Notes: a model not told the origin generated them from the sequence alone. Counted from the first letter of the stretch, positions 20,082-29,673 are shown. The stretch is DNA of 64,000 bases from Oligoflexales bacterium (GCA_023301465.1 JALZUQ010000030.1:16903-80902); one strand, 5' to 3'. Made by a program: numbers and translations.

Positions 20082-20706
20082 ATGTTTTCTCACTTAAAGC
20101 ATTAAAAAAGAAGTTTTGAGTAATACGAGCATTTTCTTTATTTGAACCAAAGAAACAATTAGAACCATGGAAATATTTTTTCCCTTTAAGAATGAGACAC
20201 CGGTTAAACTTCATTTCACAATAGTCTATAACTTCCCAAGCATCTTCAATTAATGAGTCTCTTAAAACTATGTTTGTATCAAACTCTTGTTTTGTGAGAC
20301 CAAGATCTGATAGTTCACTTCTATTAGGGTAATGATCAAGACCCGTTTCTTTATGCCGATAAAAACAAGTCCCACCCTTAGAGTGTTTGTTTAAAGATAA
20401 ATATATGACTGCTGTGTAATCCGTATTATCGGTATGTACTTGAGTTCTTCTCTTATCTTCTTCACACATAATTCTAAACCTACCAAAAGCATTATTCTTA
20501 GGTCTGCAATCAATACGTTGCCCTACAAGCATTTGAAACCTTTCAATAACTGATTGACTGTACGCACTTATCTCGCTTTCTATACCTGCGACATTATCAC
20601 TTAAAGCACCTTGTTCATGGTACTCAGTATTCAAAGAGAGATTCCTGACAAGGTGAGGCTCCTTATAAAAATCATCTATTTGAATGAACATTTTTTCTGA
20701 ATTCAT
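20074..20706 (-). CDS. 2OG/Fe(II) oxygenase-like protein (DUF6445-like), paralog B
   Basis: IDDFYKEPHLVR, VHTDNTD (HxD), YFHGS, RITQNFFF. Collinear with paralog A, roughly one third identical by eye. Confidence 0.55.
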   Translation of the reverse strand: MNSEKMFIQIDDFYKEPHLVRNLSLNTEYHEQGALSDNVAGIESEISAYSQSVIERFQMLVGQRIDCRPKNNAFGRFRIMCEEDKRRTQVHTDNTDYTAVIYLSLNKHSKGGTCFYRHKETGLDHYPNRSELSDLGLTKQEFDTNIVLRDSLIEDAWEVIDYCEMKFNRCLILKGKKYFHGSNCFFGSNKENARITQNFFFNALSEKTYV

Positions 20707-21854
20707 ACTATCTCCAGAATATTAATTTTATTATTTAAAAATTCAATTCTTTCATGATCTATTTCACTTCTAACAACAACAGAAACAAATTGAGTCAAAA
20801 AATAATCGAGCTCTGTTTTTGAAAACACAGAAAACTTTAAAATTCTATCAAAGGACCATTTTAGAAAAATCTCATCTAAATATTTATGATTCATACCGCC
20901 TATAACCACCGACAAGAAAGACAAAGCATTTTTTGACGATGATGTGATCTCAGATAAATCATTCTCATTAATAGATTCATTTTTTAAGACAGAATGCAAA
21001 TAATTATTGTTCAACATACCTGAATTATTCCAACGAGATGCAAACTCTTTATCAACTCCTTCAAAATCAGGAAGACTATCTCTTACCTTACTTATCAAAA
21101 CATTTTTTTTATATTTTATTCGATGTTTTTGAATATTTAAAACAAGTTGATCTTTTATTTTTAAATGATCAATGTTCATCAATCTAAATTGTCGATTTTT
21201 TCTTGAAGCTATCATAGTCATATTACGACGATAGGGTATATAGGAAACTTCATTCGTTATTGTTTGTAGTTTAGATGCCACAAAACTTTCTGCTACTCCA
21301 AGCTGTTCGATTGATAGCGGTGAGGCTGTAGTAAAACAATTAACTGCGACAGACCCATTAAAACTTAATACATCATTAAGTTTGGAATAGAATTTTTGGT
21401 GATTCATACACGGGGCGTACCCAGTATTTGTATACAAATCTACCCATATAAGATCATATTCAGAACGACAAGATTCAAGGAATGCTTCAGCGTCATTGTG
21501 AACAAACTCTAGACATTGAATATCTGGAAAGTAATCTTCAAAAATTTTCTTTGTTTCTAGCAAAGATTTTTTATCTGTATCTACAAGTGTTATTTTACAA
21601 GATGAATGACTAGCTAAAATTGGTCGAACACAAGCCCCTTTACCCGCACCCAAAACCAAAACTTTCAATTTATCAGCACTTGGTTTTTGAGCTAAAAGCA
21701 GACCAAATTCATCCCAATAATCACCAGTAAATACGTTAGAAGTATGCCAACATGAGTCAAAACCTCGGCTCTTTTTCTTTTGTATAGATATTTGTTGGTT
21801 TGAGTATAAAATAAAAAACCTCTTAAATAAATAAAGCAGTGGGCTTACGCCCAC
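20703..21854 (-). CDS. spermidine synthase-like class I SAM-dependent transferase with an uncharacterised C-terminal half of about 180 aa
   Basis: VLVLGAGKGACVRPIL, ITLVDTD, HNDAEAFL and YDLIWVDLY are arranged as in SpeE-type folds. The only canonical start (GTG 21854) lies inside a hairpin stem. Confidence 0.6.
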   Translation of the reverse strand: MGVSPLLYLFKRFFILYSNQQISIQKKKSRGFDSCWHTSNVFTGDYWDEFGLLLAQKPSADKLKVLVLGAGKGACVRPILASHSSCKITLVDTDKKSLLETKKIFEDYFPDIQCLEFVHNDAEAFLESCRSEYDLIWVDLYTNTGYAPCMNHQKFYSKLNDVLSFNGSVAVNCFTTASPLSIEQLGVAESFVASKLQTITNEVSYIPYRRNMTMIASRKNRQFRLMNIDHLKIKDQLVLNIQKHRIKYKKNVLISKVRDSLPDFEGVDKEFASRWNNSGMLNNNYLHSVLKNESINENDLSEITSSSKNALSFLSVVIGGMNHKYLDEIFLKWSFDRILKFSVFSKTELDYFLTQFVSVVVRSEIDHERIEFLNNKINILEIV

Positions 21855-21855
21855 T
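21825..21855 (-). terminator. GC-rich hairpin plus U-rich tract directly after the 41-aa ORF (attenuator or leaky terminator)
   Basis: Minus strand AGTGGGC-GTAA-GCCCACT (7-bp stem, GNRA loop) followed by GCTTTATTTATTT. Confidence 0.45.
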
Positions 21856-21859
21856 ATGA

Positions 21860-21985
21860 TTACTTAACCTTTAGAATTTCTTCGATTTCCTGCTGTTGTT
21901 TCGCAGAAATAGATACCGAAGGACTAGTTGGAAATTGCATGTTATTTTCAGAATGACTTACTGGATTAATGTTCTCTTTTTTCAT
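21860..21985 (-). CDS. small ORF, 41 aa (MKKENINPVSHSENNMQFPTSPSVSISAKQQQEIEEILKVK), first gene of the operon
   Basis: AAGGAGA SD 5 nt upstream of the ATG. Stop lies 5 nt before the next ORF. Below the ORF-track cutoff. Confidence 0.55.
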   Translation of the reverse strand: MKKENINPVSHSENNMQFPTSPSVSISAKQQQEIEEILKVK

Positions 21986-22368
21986 ATGATTCTCCTTGAG
22001 TTACTTATATTATTAAGTACTAATTAAATTTTTAATAAATTGAAGATAACTTTACTTTTTGAAATTAAAAACTTTAACCTCCTTTCAGAAATCACAATGA
22101 GCAAGTTCTTCAGAAAGGAGTACTTCAAGCGACATGCCAAACTGTCTTATCGAGTATTATTCGATTAAAAAACACTAAATTGACGCAAAGATTAAATGAG
22201 ATTTTTTTTTATTTACAGGCAACATATATGAAAAAAAACTCTGTTTTTATAGTGATTATGTTTAAATTAGACAAAAACTCATTTTTGAATGACAGCTATA
22301 AATGATTTAAAGGATCTTTGATTATCTGTTGCACTGCTTAATGTTTACGCCGCCATTTTAAGTAAGAT

Positions 22369-22387
22369 CGGTGTCAAAATGACACCG
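22369..22387 (-). terminator. possible terminator hairpin after the TPR/barrel operon
   Basis: Perfect CGGTGTC-N5-GACACCG stem about 60 nt past the stop of 22450..22878. The U tract is weak. Confidence 0.3.
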
Positions 22388-22449
22388 GCAAAACCAAAAG
22401 TAGACTACTCTAATTATTTTCAGACAAGTGATGTAGAATTTATGAACGT

Positions 22450-22878
22450 TTATTTTACAAGAGCTCGAACGGCTGCACCAGAGTTTCTCAGTTCATTTCT
22501 AAAGTTTCGTCTTAAATGGATTAATTGATTAAAATCTTGTTTAATCTGCCCATTTAAAAACATGTTTTGAGGAACTTTTCTTTCACCTTCAATGGCTGCT
22601 GCATCAAAGTCTACTTTTGTTGTATCACGTGAAATAGTTTTAGATTTTTTTGCAGGCTTATTACTAGTTTTTTTAACTTGATTTGAATCTGCGGATTTGT
22701 TGTTTTCAGAATTCGAATCTTCAGTTTTTGTCTCGGACTGTTTTTCTTCAGTTGTTTCGTTTTCTGAGAGATCATCAAGACCTAATTCATTTTCTAATTC
22801 ACTTTTAGACTCATCTGCTTGAGAAACTAAAGGAGATGAAAAACAAAATAATGCTAGTAGAACCCATTTAATGTGCAT
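22450..22878 (-). CDS. small exported acidic/low-complexity protein (GltF/NfsF position)
   Basis: Signal peptide MHIKWVLLALFCFSSPLVSQA. Last gene of the cluster. Confidence 0.5.
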   Translation of the reverse strand: MHIKWVLLALFCFSSPLVSQADESKSELENELGLDDLSENETTEEKQSETKTEDSNSENNKSADSNQVKKTSNKPAKKSKTISRDTTKVDFDAAAIEGERKVPQNMFLNGQIKQDFNQLIHLRRNFRNELRNSGAAVRALVK

Positions 22879-23932
22879 CAAAAATCTCACTTTCCAAGTC
22901 TTGAATTTCACCTTCTTCAGGGCTTGCTTGTTGAATTTCTACATCTGATTCACCTAGTATTTCATCTTCAGGGCTTTCATCTTCAATATCTTTTGCCAAC
23001 GCCTGAACTTCTTCATCTGTAATAGGAGATTTTCCTTTTCTTGCTTTTGCGTCTTTAATTTCATCAATCAAAGCAAAAACACTGTCAACAGAAGATCTTT
23101 TTGCCATAGGTGTTTTAAGAAATTTACGTAGGTTTACAAGTGCTTTATCTCTTTTATCCATTCGATTATACATTACTGCTGAATTGTATAGAGCAACAGG
23201 GTTCTTGGGACTTTCATCTAATACTTTATCAAATTTATTTTCTGCTTTTTCATAAGCACCAGCTGCTGTATCGACAATAGCTGAATACATGATTGCATCT
23301 AAATTTTCTGGAAAAATCCTTAACACTCTTTCAAACTCTATACCGGCCTGTCTTACTTGATGATGATTCATCAATAGAATTCCTAAATTCATTCTAGCCG
23401 CTAAGTCACGTGAGTTTAGTTCAATTGCTTTATTAAATAGTGCTTTAGCTTGACTCGTCTTTGATTTTTGAACAGCCAAAAGTGCCATTAAATTAATAAT
23501 TTCACTATCTTTAGAATTAACTCCACCAATATTATTGATAATAATTGAGGCCAGATTATAGTTTTTATTTCTATACGCTACTTTAGCTAATATTTTTTTT
23601 GCTTCAACACCTTTAAGATCTTGCTCAAGGGCTTTACTTGCATATTTCTTTGCCGATTTAAACTCTTCTCTTACCAAGTGTAATTTTGCCAAATCCAAAA
23701 AAGATTCTTTGTTTTTTGGATTTTTTTTAATTTCTTGTTTCAACGCAGTGATTGTATTCTTGATGCTTTTGTTTGATTTAGGACTTGGCATTGCTGTAGG
23801 TGAAGCTTTCGTGGAATAAAGCGTAACTTGGCCACGATCACGATCAACACGTGATATCTTTGAGTTTGTTGTTTGACAAGAAACTGCCGTGAGCACAAAG
23901 GTTAATACAAAATAATTTAATTTTTGAAACAT
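22868..23932 (-). CDS. TPR-repeat lipoprotein (GltE/NfsE-like by position)
   Basis: Lipobox LTAVSC. Several TPR-like repeats (LAKLHLVREEFKSAKKY and others). Confidence 0.65.
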   Translation of the reverse strand: MFQKLNYFVLTFVLTAVSCQTTNSKISRVDRDRGQVTLYSTKASPTAMPSPKSNKSIKNTITALKQEIKKNPKNKESFLDLAKLHLVREEFKSAKKYASKALEQDLKGVEAKKILAKVAYRNKNYNLASIIINNIGGVNSKDSEIINLMALLAVQKSKTSQAKALFNKAIELNSRDLAARMNLGILLMNHHQVRQAGIEFERVLRIFPENLDAIMYSAIVDTAAGAYEKAENKFDKVLDESPKNPVALYNSAVMYNRMDKRDKALVNLRKFLKTPMAKRSSVDSVFALIDEIKDAKARKGKSPITDEEVQALAKDIEDESPEDEILGESDVEIQQASPEEGEIQDLESEIFDAH

Positions 23933-23946
23933 TTTTTCAAACTCCA

Positions 23947-26900
23947 TTAATGGGCTAATTCTGATGTTAATTTTCTGATTTTCAATGTATGAGATAAGTA
24001 TACTGGCGACCCTGTTTTTAAGTCTATTTTAGGGTGTTTTTTACTATCAATACTTGTCATTTTCTCATGAATTTTCATACTCCACTTAGAGAACGTCTCA
24101 AGGTCTTTAGTGCCTTTATACGCTTGCATATAGTAATCTTTTGCTTGATCTTGCAACGGAAACGCTACTTTTTCTAGGTCACTTTTAAATTTATTTACCG
24201 CAGCAGTACTTCCTTCTGGCGGCAAAGCCTTGAACAAAGTTTCAGCAAAATTATCATGCATTTCACCTAAACGATATAATGAAGCTATCGCGTATTCCGC
24301 ATTTCTTACAGCAACAATCTTTTCATAGTTTTTGGCAACAGATTGCAATGCTTTTTGTTTTGCTGCTGCTTGCTTCTCAATCTTAGATGGTTCACGAAAT
24401 TCCAACTGTTTAAACTTCTTAAAATTTAATTCATTAATTTTAAAATAAGATTTTGCAACAATCTCTCTTGCATCATAAGCTTCTTGATTCTCATTTTGCA
24501 CGAGCAAATCATAGACATTGTTTAAAGCATTAAAACCTGCATTTCTGTCAACATGGTTATATGTGATTTCTGCTGACTTTGCAGACGCAAATGCAACTTG
24601 ATTTGAGTTTTTCATGAAATTTTTTGCATAAAATTGATAAGCCTGAGCAGACTCTGAGTATTTGTTGATTTTTTCTAACAAAGCCGCCTTCTCTAGTTGT
24701 GCATCTCCTGCAATATCAGAGTTAGGATATGACTTAACATAAGCATCAAATAACCTGACCGCTTCTACTTCATTTTCCAAACCTTTATTCAAAGCTGCAG
24801 CATTATAAAGAGCGTCAGCAGATCTTTTGTCTGAAGGATAATCTGAAGCTAATCTTTTATAGTAGATTGACGCTGTTTTAAATTCTCCAATTGCATTGTT
24901 TGTTTCTGCTAATGACGCAAATGCATTTGCTCTTAACGGTGACTTCTTAAAGTTTGAAATTAAGTATTTTGAAGAGCTCAATGAAGCAGAAATATTTCCA
25001 GCTTTTCTATAGTTGATACTTGCATTATACACAGCCTTATCAGAATTTTTGTCAGTAGGAAAAGTTTTTGCATATTTCATAAACTCTTCTGCAGACTTCT
25101 CATTATTCCCAAGTTTTTCTTGTTTGGCTGCTGATTTAAACATTGCAGTTCTTCGCATTTTTTTAACATAGATACCAACAGGTTCTTGAGACATTAGAAC
25201 TTTATTTTTCATAAATGATTCAGCGTCATTGATAACATCCGTCCACTCAGATTTTTTTGAAGAATAACCTAGAACAAATTTTACTGAAGATTTTGCCTGA
25301 ACTGTCAAAGGTCGTTCTTTTGTGATTGTTTTGAATCTTTCAATAGCAGCACTATAATGACCATGATCAAAATACACTCTTGCAGCTGTAAACCTCATTG
25401 GGTCGCCTTCTTTGGCTTTCGGTAGTATTTTCATATATTGATCAATAACATTTACAAGTGCCATTTTTTCTGTTGGAATTTTAAATTCGCTTTTTGCTTC
25501 ACCCGGCTTAGGAAGCTTTGCATACTTCTTTGACTTAACAAGTGTGAATATTGAATCAACACCACTATTAGCAGCATCTTTTAAAAATTTACCTTTTTTT
25601 GGTTTTTGCTCTGCAACCATCATATAGTTTTTGGATGCTTGAGAGTACCTCTTTAAATCATATAATAGTTCAGCCATATAAAACCGAAGTTCATAGTTGT
25701 CACTATCTTTTGGAAAAGAAGCTAGAAATGCACCATATAGTTTTACAGCAGATTTTTTATATGACTCATCTTTTGTCTTAATAGCTCTTTGATGATAAAT
25801 CGTCGCATATCTATGTAAGTTATGGTTGGTTTTATCTTGAGCGTTTTTTACTGTATCATCATCGTTTTTATATTTTTTTATCCATTTTGTTTTGCCTACA
25901 AACTCCTTGTTCATTAGGAGTAAGCTAGCAACCGTTTTCTTTGGTTTATTTAATTTATCAAAAATCTCAGCTAATCTGCTATAAATTTTCGGTGTTGACT
26001 TCCTTAGCGAAGCACCTTTCAAAAGTCTAGTGTAAATCTTTGCTGCTTGTTGGTTTTTACCTTGTTCCATATAAATCCAACCAAGTCTCTCTAGAAAATC
26101 ATAAAACTTTGTTTTTTCATCTAATGAACTAAAATACTCCCATGCACTATCAACTGACTCTGCATCAGCCCATACCATCACAAGATCATTAAGTGCTTCA
26201 TTTCTAAGATCAAATTTCTGTTTGTTTTTCTTACTTGTTAGTTTTACAACTAATTTAAATGCTGCAACAGAACGTTTGTAGTTTTTTGTGACGGCTTCAT
26301 TTGTATCACCTTGAGCATTATAGTATGCCCAACCCAGCTTATATACCGCATACGGATAGACTTTAGATTTTTTATATTTTGATACTTTTTTATATGCTGC
26401 AACTGCTTGTTTGATCTCATTACGATCAAAGTGAAACTCACCTAATGCTAAGTATGCATCAGGAATAAGTTTGCTTTTTTTGTGATCTTTGAACAATTGA
26501 TTAAAATACAGAACACAACTATCATCACCAATTCTAGCGAGGGTTGTTGCTAATGCGTAAATAGCTTTATCTGCTCTTTTTTCTTTTCTAAATTTTCTCA
26601 CAAGCTTTCTATATTCTGCGAGAGCTTTCTGCATTTCAGATTTTGACCTAGAATAACTAGCTACAGGCTCATTACCTTTTGCACCAGCTTTTTCCCAAGC
26701 GTCATATCTCTTTGTAAACGATTGTATTTCTAAGTCACGAATGTAATCGTGACGCTCAATTAAAATTTCACCTTTTCTTAAAAGAAGTTCAAATTCACGA
26801 AACCCACTAACATTCGAACTTTTTAAAATTGAGTCAATAGAACGTATTGTTTTACGCCTAATTTGATCTGCTTTTTTCAGATTTGCTTGACTTATGCCAT

Positions 26901-27087
26901 TTGAACCAGATTCTTTATAAAAATCGGATGAATCATCAATTGTTGGTGCGTTTTTTGCTCCTTCAACGTCAAACGTTGCACGACCAACTGACCCTGAAAA
27001 TGCGATTGAGTCAATCAACATTCCAAAGCCAAAGCATAAAGCTAATGTCAGCCTTGTTTTGTTCATTTTTTTACTCCAATTCATCAT
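23947..27087 (-). CDS. large exported TPR-repeat protein, 1046 aa (GltD/NfsD-like by size and position)
   Basis: Signal peptide. YbgF/BamD-style TPR units repeat along the whole length. Confidence 0.65.
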   Translation of the reverse strand: MMNWSKKMNKTRLTLALCFGFGMLIDSIAFSGSVGRATFDVEGAKNAPTIDDSSDFYKESGSNGISQANLKKADQIRRKTIRSIDSILKSSNVSGFREFELLLRKGEILIERHDYIRDLEIQSFTKRYDAWEKAGAKGNEPVASYSRSKSEMQKALAEYRKLVRKFRKEKRADKAIYALATTLARIGDDSCVLYFNQLFKDHKKSKLIPDAYLALGEFHFDRNEIKQAVAAYKKVSKYKKSKVYPYAVYKLGWAYYNAQGDTNEAVTKNYKRSVAAFKLVVKLTSKKNKQKFDLRNEALNDLVMVWADAESVDSAWEYFSSLDEKTKFYDFLERLGWIYMEQGKNQQAAKIYTRLLKGASLRKSTPKIYSRLAEIFDKLNKPKKTVASLLLMNKEFVGKTKWIKKYKNDDDTVKNAQDKTNHNLHRYATIYHQRAIKTKDESYKKSAVKLYGAFLASFPKDSDNYELRFYMAELLYDLKRYSQASKNYMMVAEQKPKKGKFLKDAANSGVDSIFTLVKSKKYAKLPKPGEAKSEFKIPTEKMALVNVIDQYMKILPKAKEGDPMRFTAARVYFDHGHYSAAIERFKTITKERPLTVQAKSSVKFVLGYSSKKSEWTDVINDAESFMKNKVLMSQEPVGIYVKKMRRTAMFKSAAKQEKLGNNEKSAEEFMKYAKTFPTDKNSDKAVYNASINYRKAGNISASLSSSKYLISNFKKSPLRANAFASLAETNNAIGEFKTASIYYKRLASDYPSDKRSADALYNAAALNKGLENEVEAVRLFDAYVKSYPNSDIAGDAQLEKAALLEKINKYSESAQAYQFYAKNFMKNSNQVAFASAKSAEITYNHVDRNAGFNALNNVYDLLVQNENQEAYDAREIVAKSYFKINELNFKKFKQLEFREPSKIEKQAAAKQKALQSVAKNYEKIVAVRNAEYAIASLYRLGEMHDNFAETLFKALPPEGSTAAVNKFKSDLEKVAFPLQDQAKDYYMQAYKGTKDLETFSKWSMKIHEKMTSIDSKKHPKIDLKTGSPVYLSHTLKIRKLTSELAH

Positions 27088-27098
27088 AGTAATTTCCT

Positions 27099-28742
27099 TT
27101 AAGAATCTTCTTTACTTGGCTTACACTTCGTCTTCTCATTATAAATATGCGAACCTATTTCATCCCACCAAAACTCACGTTTTTTATCACTCCAAGACTG
27201 ATTCCCTCTACCCCAACCTTTGATACGTTTTTTACTAGTTAGCTTTCGTATCTTTGTACTTGCGTGTAGTTCTTTACCTAAAAGCTTGTCTTTTTCACTC
27301 AAAAGGAGCTCCACAAACAAAAAATCAGCTTGGCCATAAAGCTTGTCGTATGCTTCACTAAGTTTTTTAAGTTCAACAAGGTAAGTTTTGCCTAGGTAGT
27401 TTTGAATAGCCTTAGATATCTCATCAATTTTGTTCATAACTTGCTTACTAGCTTTCTTTACCCCATAGACACCACGTTTCTCAAAACGACTTGCTTCAAC
27501 TAAAAAATCAGCGAACTCTTCTCTCCCAATTTTTAGTGCGTCTTGATCCGCAATAGTTAATAATACCTCACGCGGAGCACTCAAAGACTCAGAAGACACC
27601 CCTGTCAAAACGTTCTCCAAAAGCTTGTAAGCTTTCTTAGCGTCAAACGACTTGGCTTCCACTGCTTCACGAAGAGCAGTAATGCCCGGTGCATATTTCT
27701 CTAGAAAATCCGCTAATGCATTCTTACTATTTGCGTAATCACATAAGAAAAAATATGTAGAAGACCTCAAAATATCAATCTCTGGGTTACTTGTTTCTGG
27801 AAAGAATGGGCTCGTCGCTCCATAAAGAGCACCAAGTGCATGGTTCGCTTGACCCATCATAAACAAAGCCCAAGATTGTTCAAAAAGAGACTCATAAAAA
27901 AGCGAGCTTTTTCGTGTGACTTTCCTATAGTACTTGTAAGATAACTGAAAATTGCCTTTTTCGTAGTATATTCTTGCCAGAGCAAGATTTGAAAAATCTT
28001 TTATGATTCTTTTCTTACGAGCAGAAAGCGGAGAAGCGTTTGTTGCTGATTTTCTTAATATATTCTTGAGGACTAAAATTGCTGATGATAAATCGTTTTC
28101 CCTAACATAGGACATAGCCTGTTGGTATTTACCTGGCATGTAATATCTTGAAGATAAATTAAGGTTTTTATACATATTCGCTGCGAGTTTATGCTTATTT
28201 TTAGCTGCAACGGCAACTCCCAAAAAATAACTCCAATCAGATTTAAAGTAAGGTGGGTTTTTTGTGATTTTCTTTTTTATGATTGCTACCGCTAGGTTAT
28301 CCATAAGTTTATGAATATCTCTTTTTTTTGTGGTTGCTCTTAAGATCTTCCACAATGGTTTATAAACTTTCGTCATGGGCCTAGAAGTAAGCTTTAAAGA
28401 ATCTACCGCATAATAACTGGCCATCACTGGATAATTATCATCAGCAAGCATTCTTGAAGTATAGAGTGCCACTAAAGAGTTTTGCTCAATATCTAAATTA
28501 GACTTCTGTGAAGACAGCTTCATTAATGTACGCCATAATTTCTTCTTACTATATGAACTTTGACGATATTGCTTTTTTAATTTTTTGATTGTCTTAGCTA
28601 TCTTTTTATTATCAGATACAGGTTTTACTTTATCTAATGCTGAAAGTTCACTATGACATAACAACGTATAAGAGAAACATACTAACATAATAAATACTGT
28701 TAGCGTTCGAATTTTATGATGGATATTTGTGAAATACTTCAT
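27099..28742 (-). CDS. exported TPR/coiled-coil protein (GltC/NfsC-like by position)
   Basis: Start refined to MKYFTNIHHKIRTLTVFIMLV. TPR-like LALARIYYEKGNFQLSYKYY. Confidence 0.55.
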   Translation of the reverse strand: MKYFTNIHHKIRTLTVFIMLVCFSYTLLCHSELSALDKVKPVSDNKKIAKTIKKLKKQYRQSSYSKKKLWRTLMKLSSQKSNLDIEQNSLVALYTSRMLADDNYPVMASYYAVDSLKLTSRPMTKVYKPLWKILRATTKKRDIHKLMDNLAVAIIKKKITKNPPYFKSDWSYFLGVAVAAKNKHKLAANMYKNLNLSSRYYMPGKYQQAMSYVRENDLSSAILVLKNILRKSATNASPLSARKKRIIKDFSNLALARIYYEKGNFQLSYKYYRKVTRKSSLFYESLFEQSWALFMMGQANHALGALYGATSPFFPETSNPEIDILRSSTYFFLCDYANSKNALADFLEKYAPGITALREAVEAKSFDAKKAYKLLENVLTGVSSESLSAPREVLLTIADQDALKIGREEFADFLVEASRFEKRGVYGVKKASKQVMNKIDEISKAIQNYLGKTYLVELKKLSEAYDKLYGQADFLFVELLLSEKDKLLGKELHASTKIRKLTSKKRIKGWGRGNQSWSDKKREFWWDEIGSHIYNEKTKCKPSKEDS

Positions 28743-29440
28743 AAGAAGAACACACTCACACCGGCATCCACAGACCATGACTGCCTTAAGAAATCTTCGT
28801 CGGTGAATTGATTCGTTTCATTCCAAAAACGATCTTTTACATCTACTCTTAAAGAAAGGAATTTATATAAGTATAACCTAATACCAAAACCGAAATTTGG
28901 AGCAATTTTGTTACCTTGATCAGTATTGACTGAACCAATGCCTATAGATCCATAAATATCAGTATAAATGATTGCTAAGTCAAAAAAGTTCAATTTGCCA
29001 TAAAATGGCGTCATCACGGCTGAACCTTCAATAATTGTACTTACTCGATTGCGGTGAACATCTACTCTTTCAGTTTTAACTCGTGATGTTTCAACATCCA
29101 AAACATCAAACTCTTGCATCTGAATTGCATCAAAGTCCCTAGAATCAGAGTTTGTCACACTGGCATATTGTATATCTAAACCAAACCACTCACTCACAAA
29201 AATGGAAGCTCTCACACCAAACAAAAAAGTATCTAAGAAGGCTTCGTTTGTAATAGTTCCAGCAAACAACCCTAGCTCTGGACGAAAACGTTTTTTAAAA
29301 AAACGATTATGCAAAACAGAAATACTTCGTTCTTTGGTTTTGGTTCTAATCTCATCGGGCTTGATATCTAATGCAATAAGTCCGGATGGTGATAATAGTC
29401 CAGAGACTACGAGAATCATGATCGCTAAATTACGCCACAT
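28739..29440 (-). CDS. outer-membrane beta-barrel protein (GltA/NfsA-like)
   Basis: Signal peptide, alternating beta-strand pattern, VLHNRFFKKRFRPEL motif, C-terminal aromatic ending VSVFFL. Confidence 0.55.
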   Translation of the reverse strand: MWRNLAIMILVVSGLLSPSGLIALDIKPDEIRTKTKERSISVLHNRFFKKRFRPELGLFAGTITNEAFLDTFLFGVRASIFVSEWFGLDIQYASVTNSDSRDFDAIQMQEFDVLDVETSRVKTERVDVHRNRVSTIIEGSAVMTPFYGKLNFFDLAIIYTDIYGSIGIGSVNTDQGNKIAPNFGFGIRLYLYKFLSLRVDVKDRFWNETNQFTDEDFLRQSWSVDAGVSVFFL

Positions 29441-29673
29441 ACATTTACCTCTAAAAATAGAAAACAGAGCTTCTGTATTTGGATTCGGAGTGGGGTTTGA
29501 AAAGTTTAATTGAGTTTTGCAACAACCCACAAAAAAGACTACTTCACTAACTAATACACAGACTTATGAAGGGTATTTTTTGCCTAAAATTCAATGGTTT
29601 TTGGATGAAAAATCAAGATAAAGAATACTATTTTGTAATCATCAAGAGCCATAGTGCTCGTGCGTAAATTTAT

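Noticed and set aside
22097-22278. Tiny plus-strand ORFs (23 aa at 22097 and 25 aa at 22228) in the 460-bp region upstream of the small-ORF operon
   Set aside because: Neither has a Shine-Dalgarno sequence at proper spacing, and the composition is typical of AT-rich spacer.
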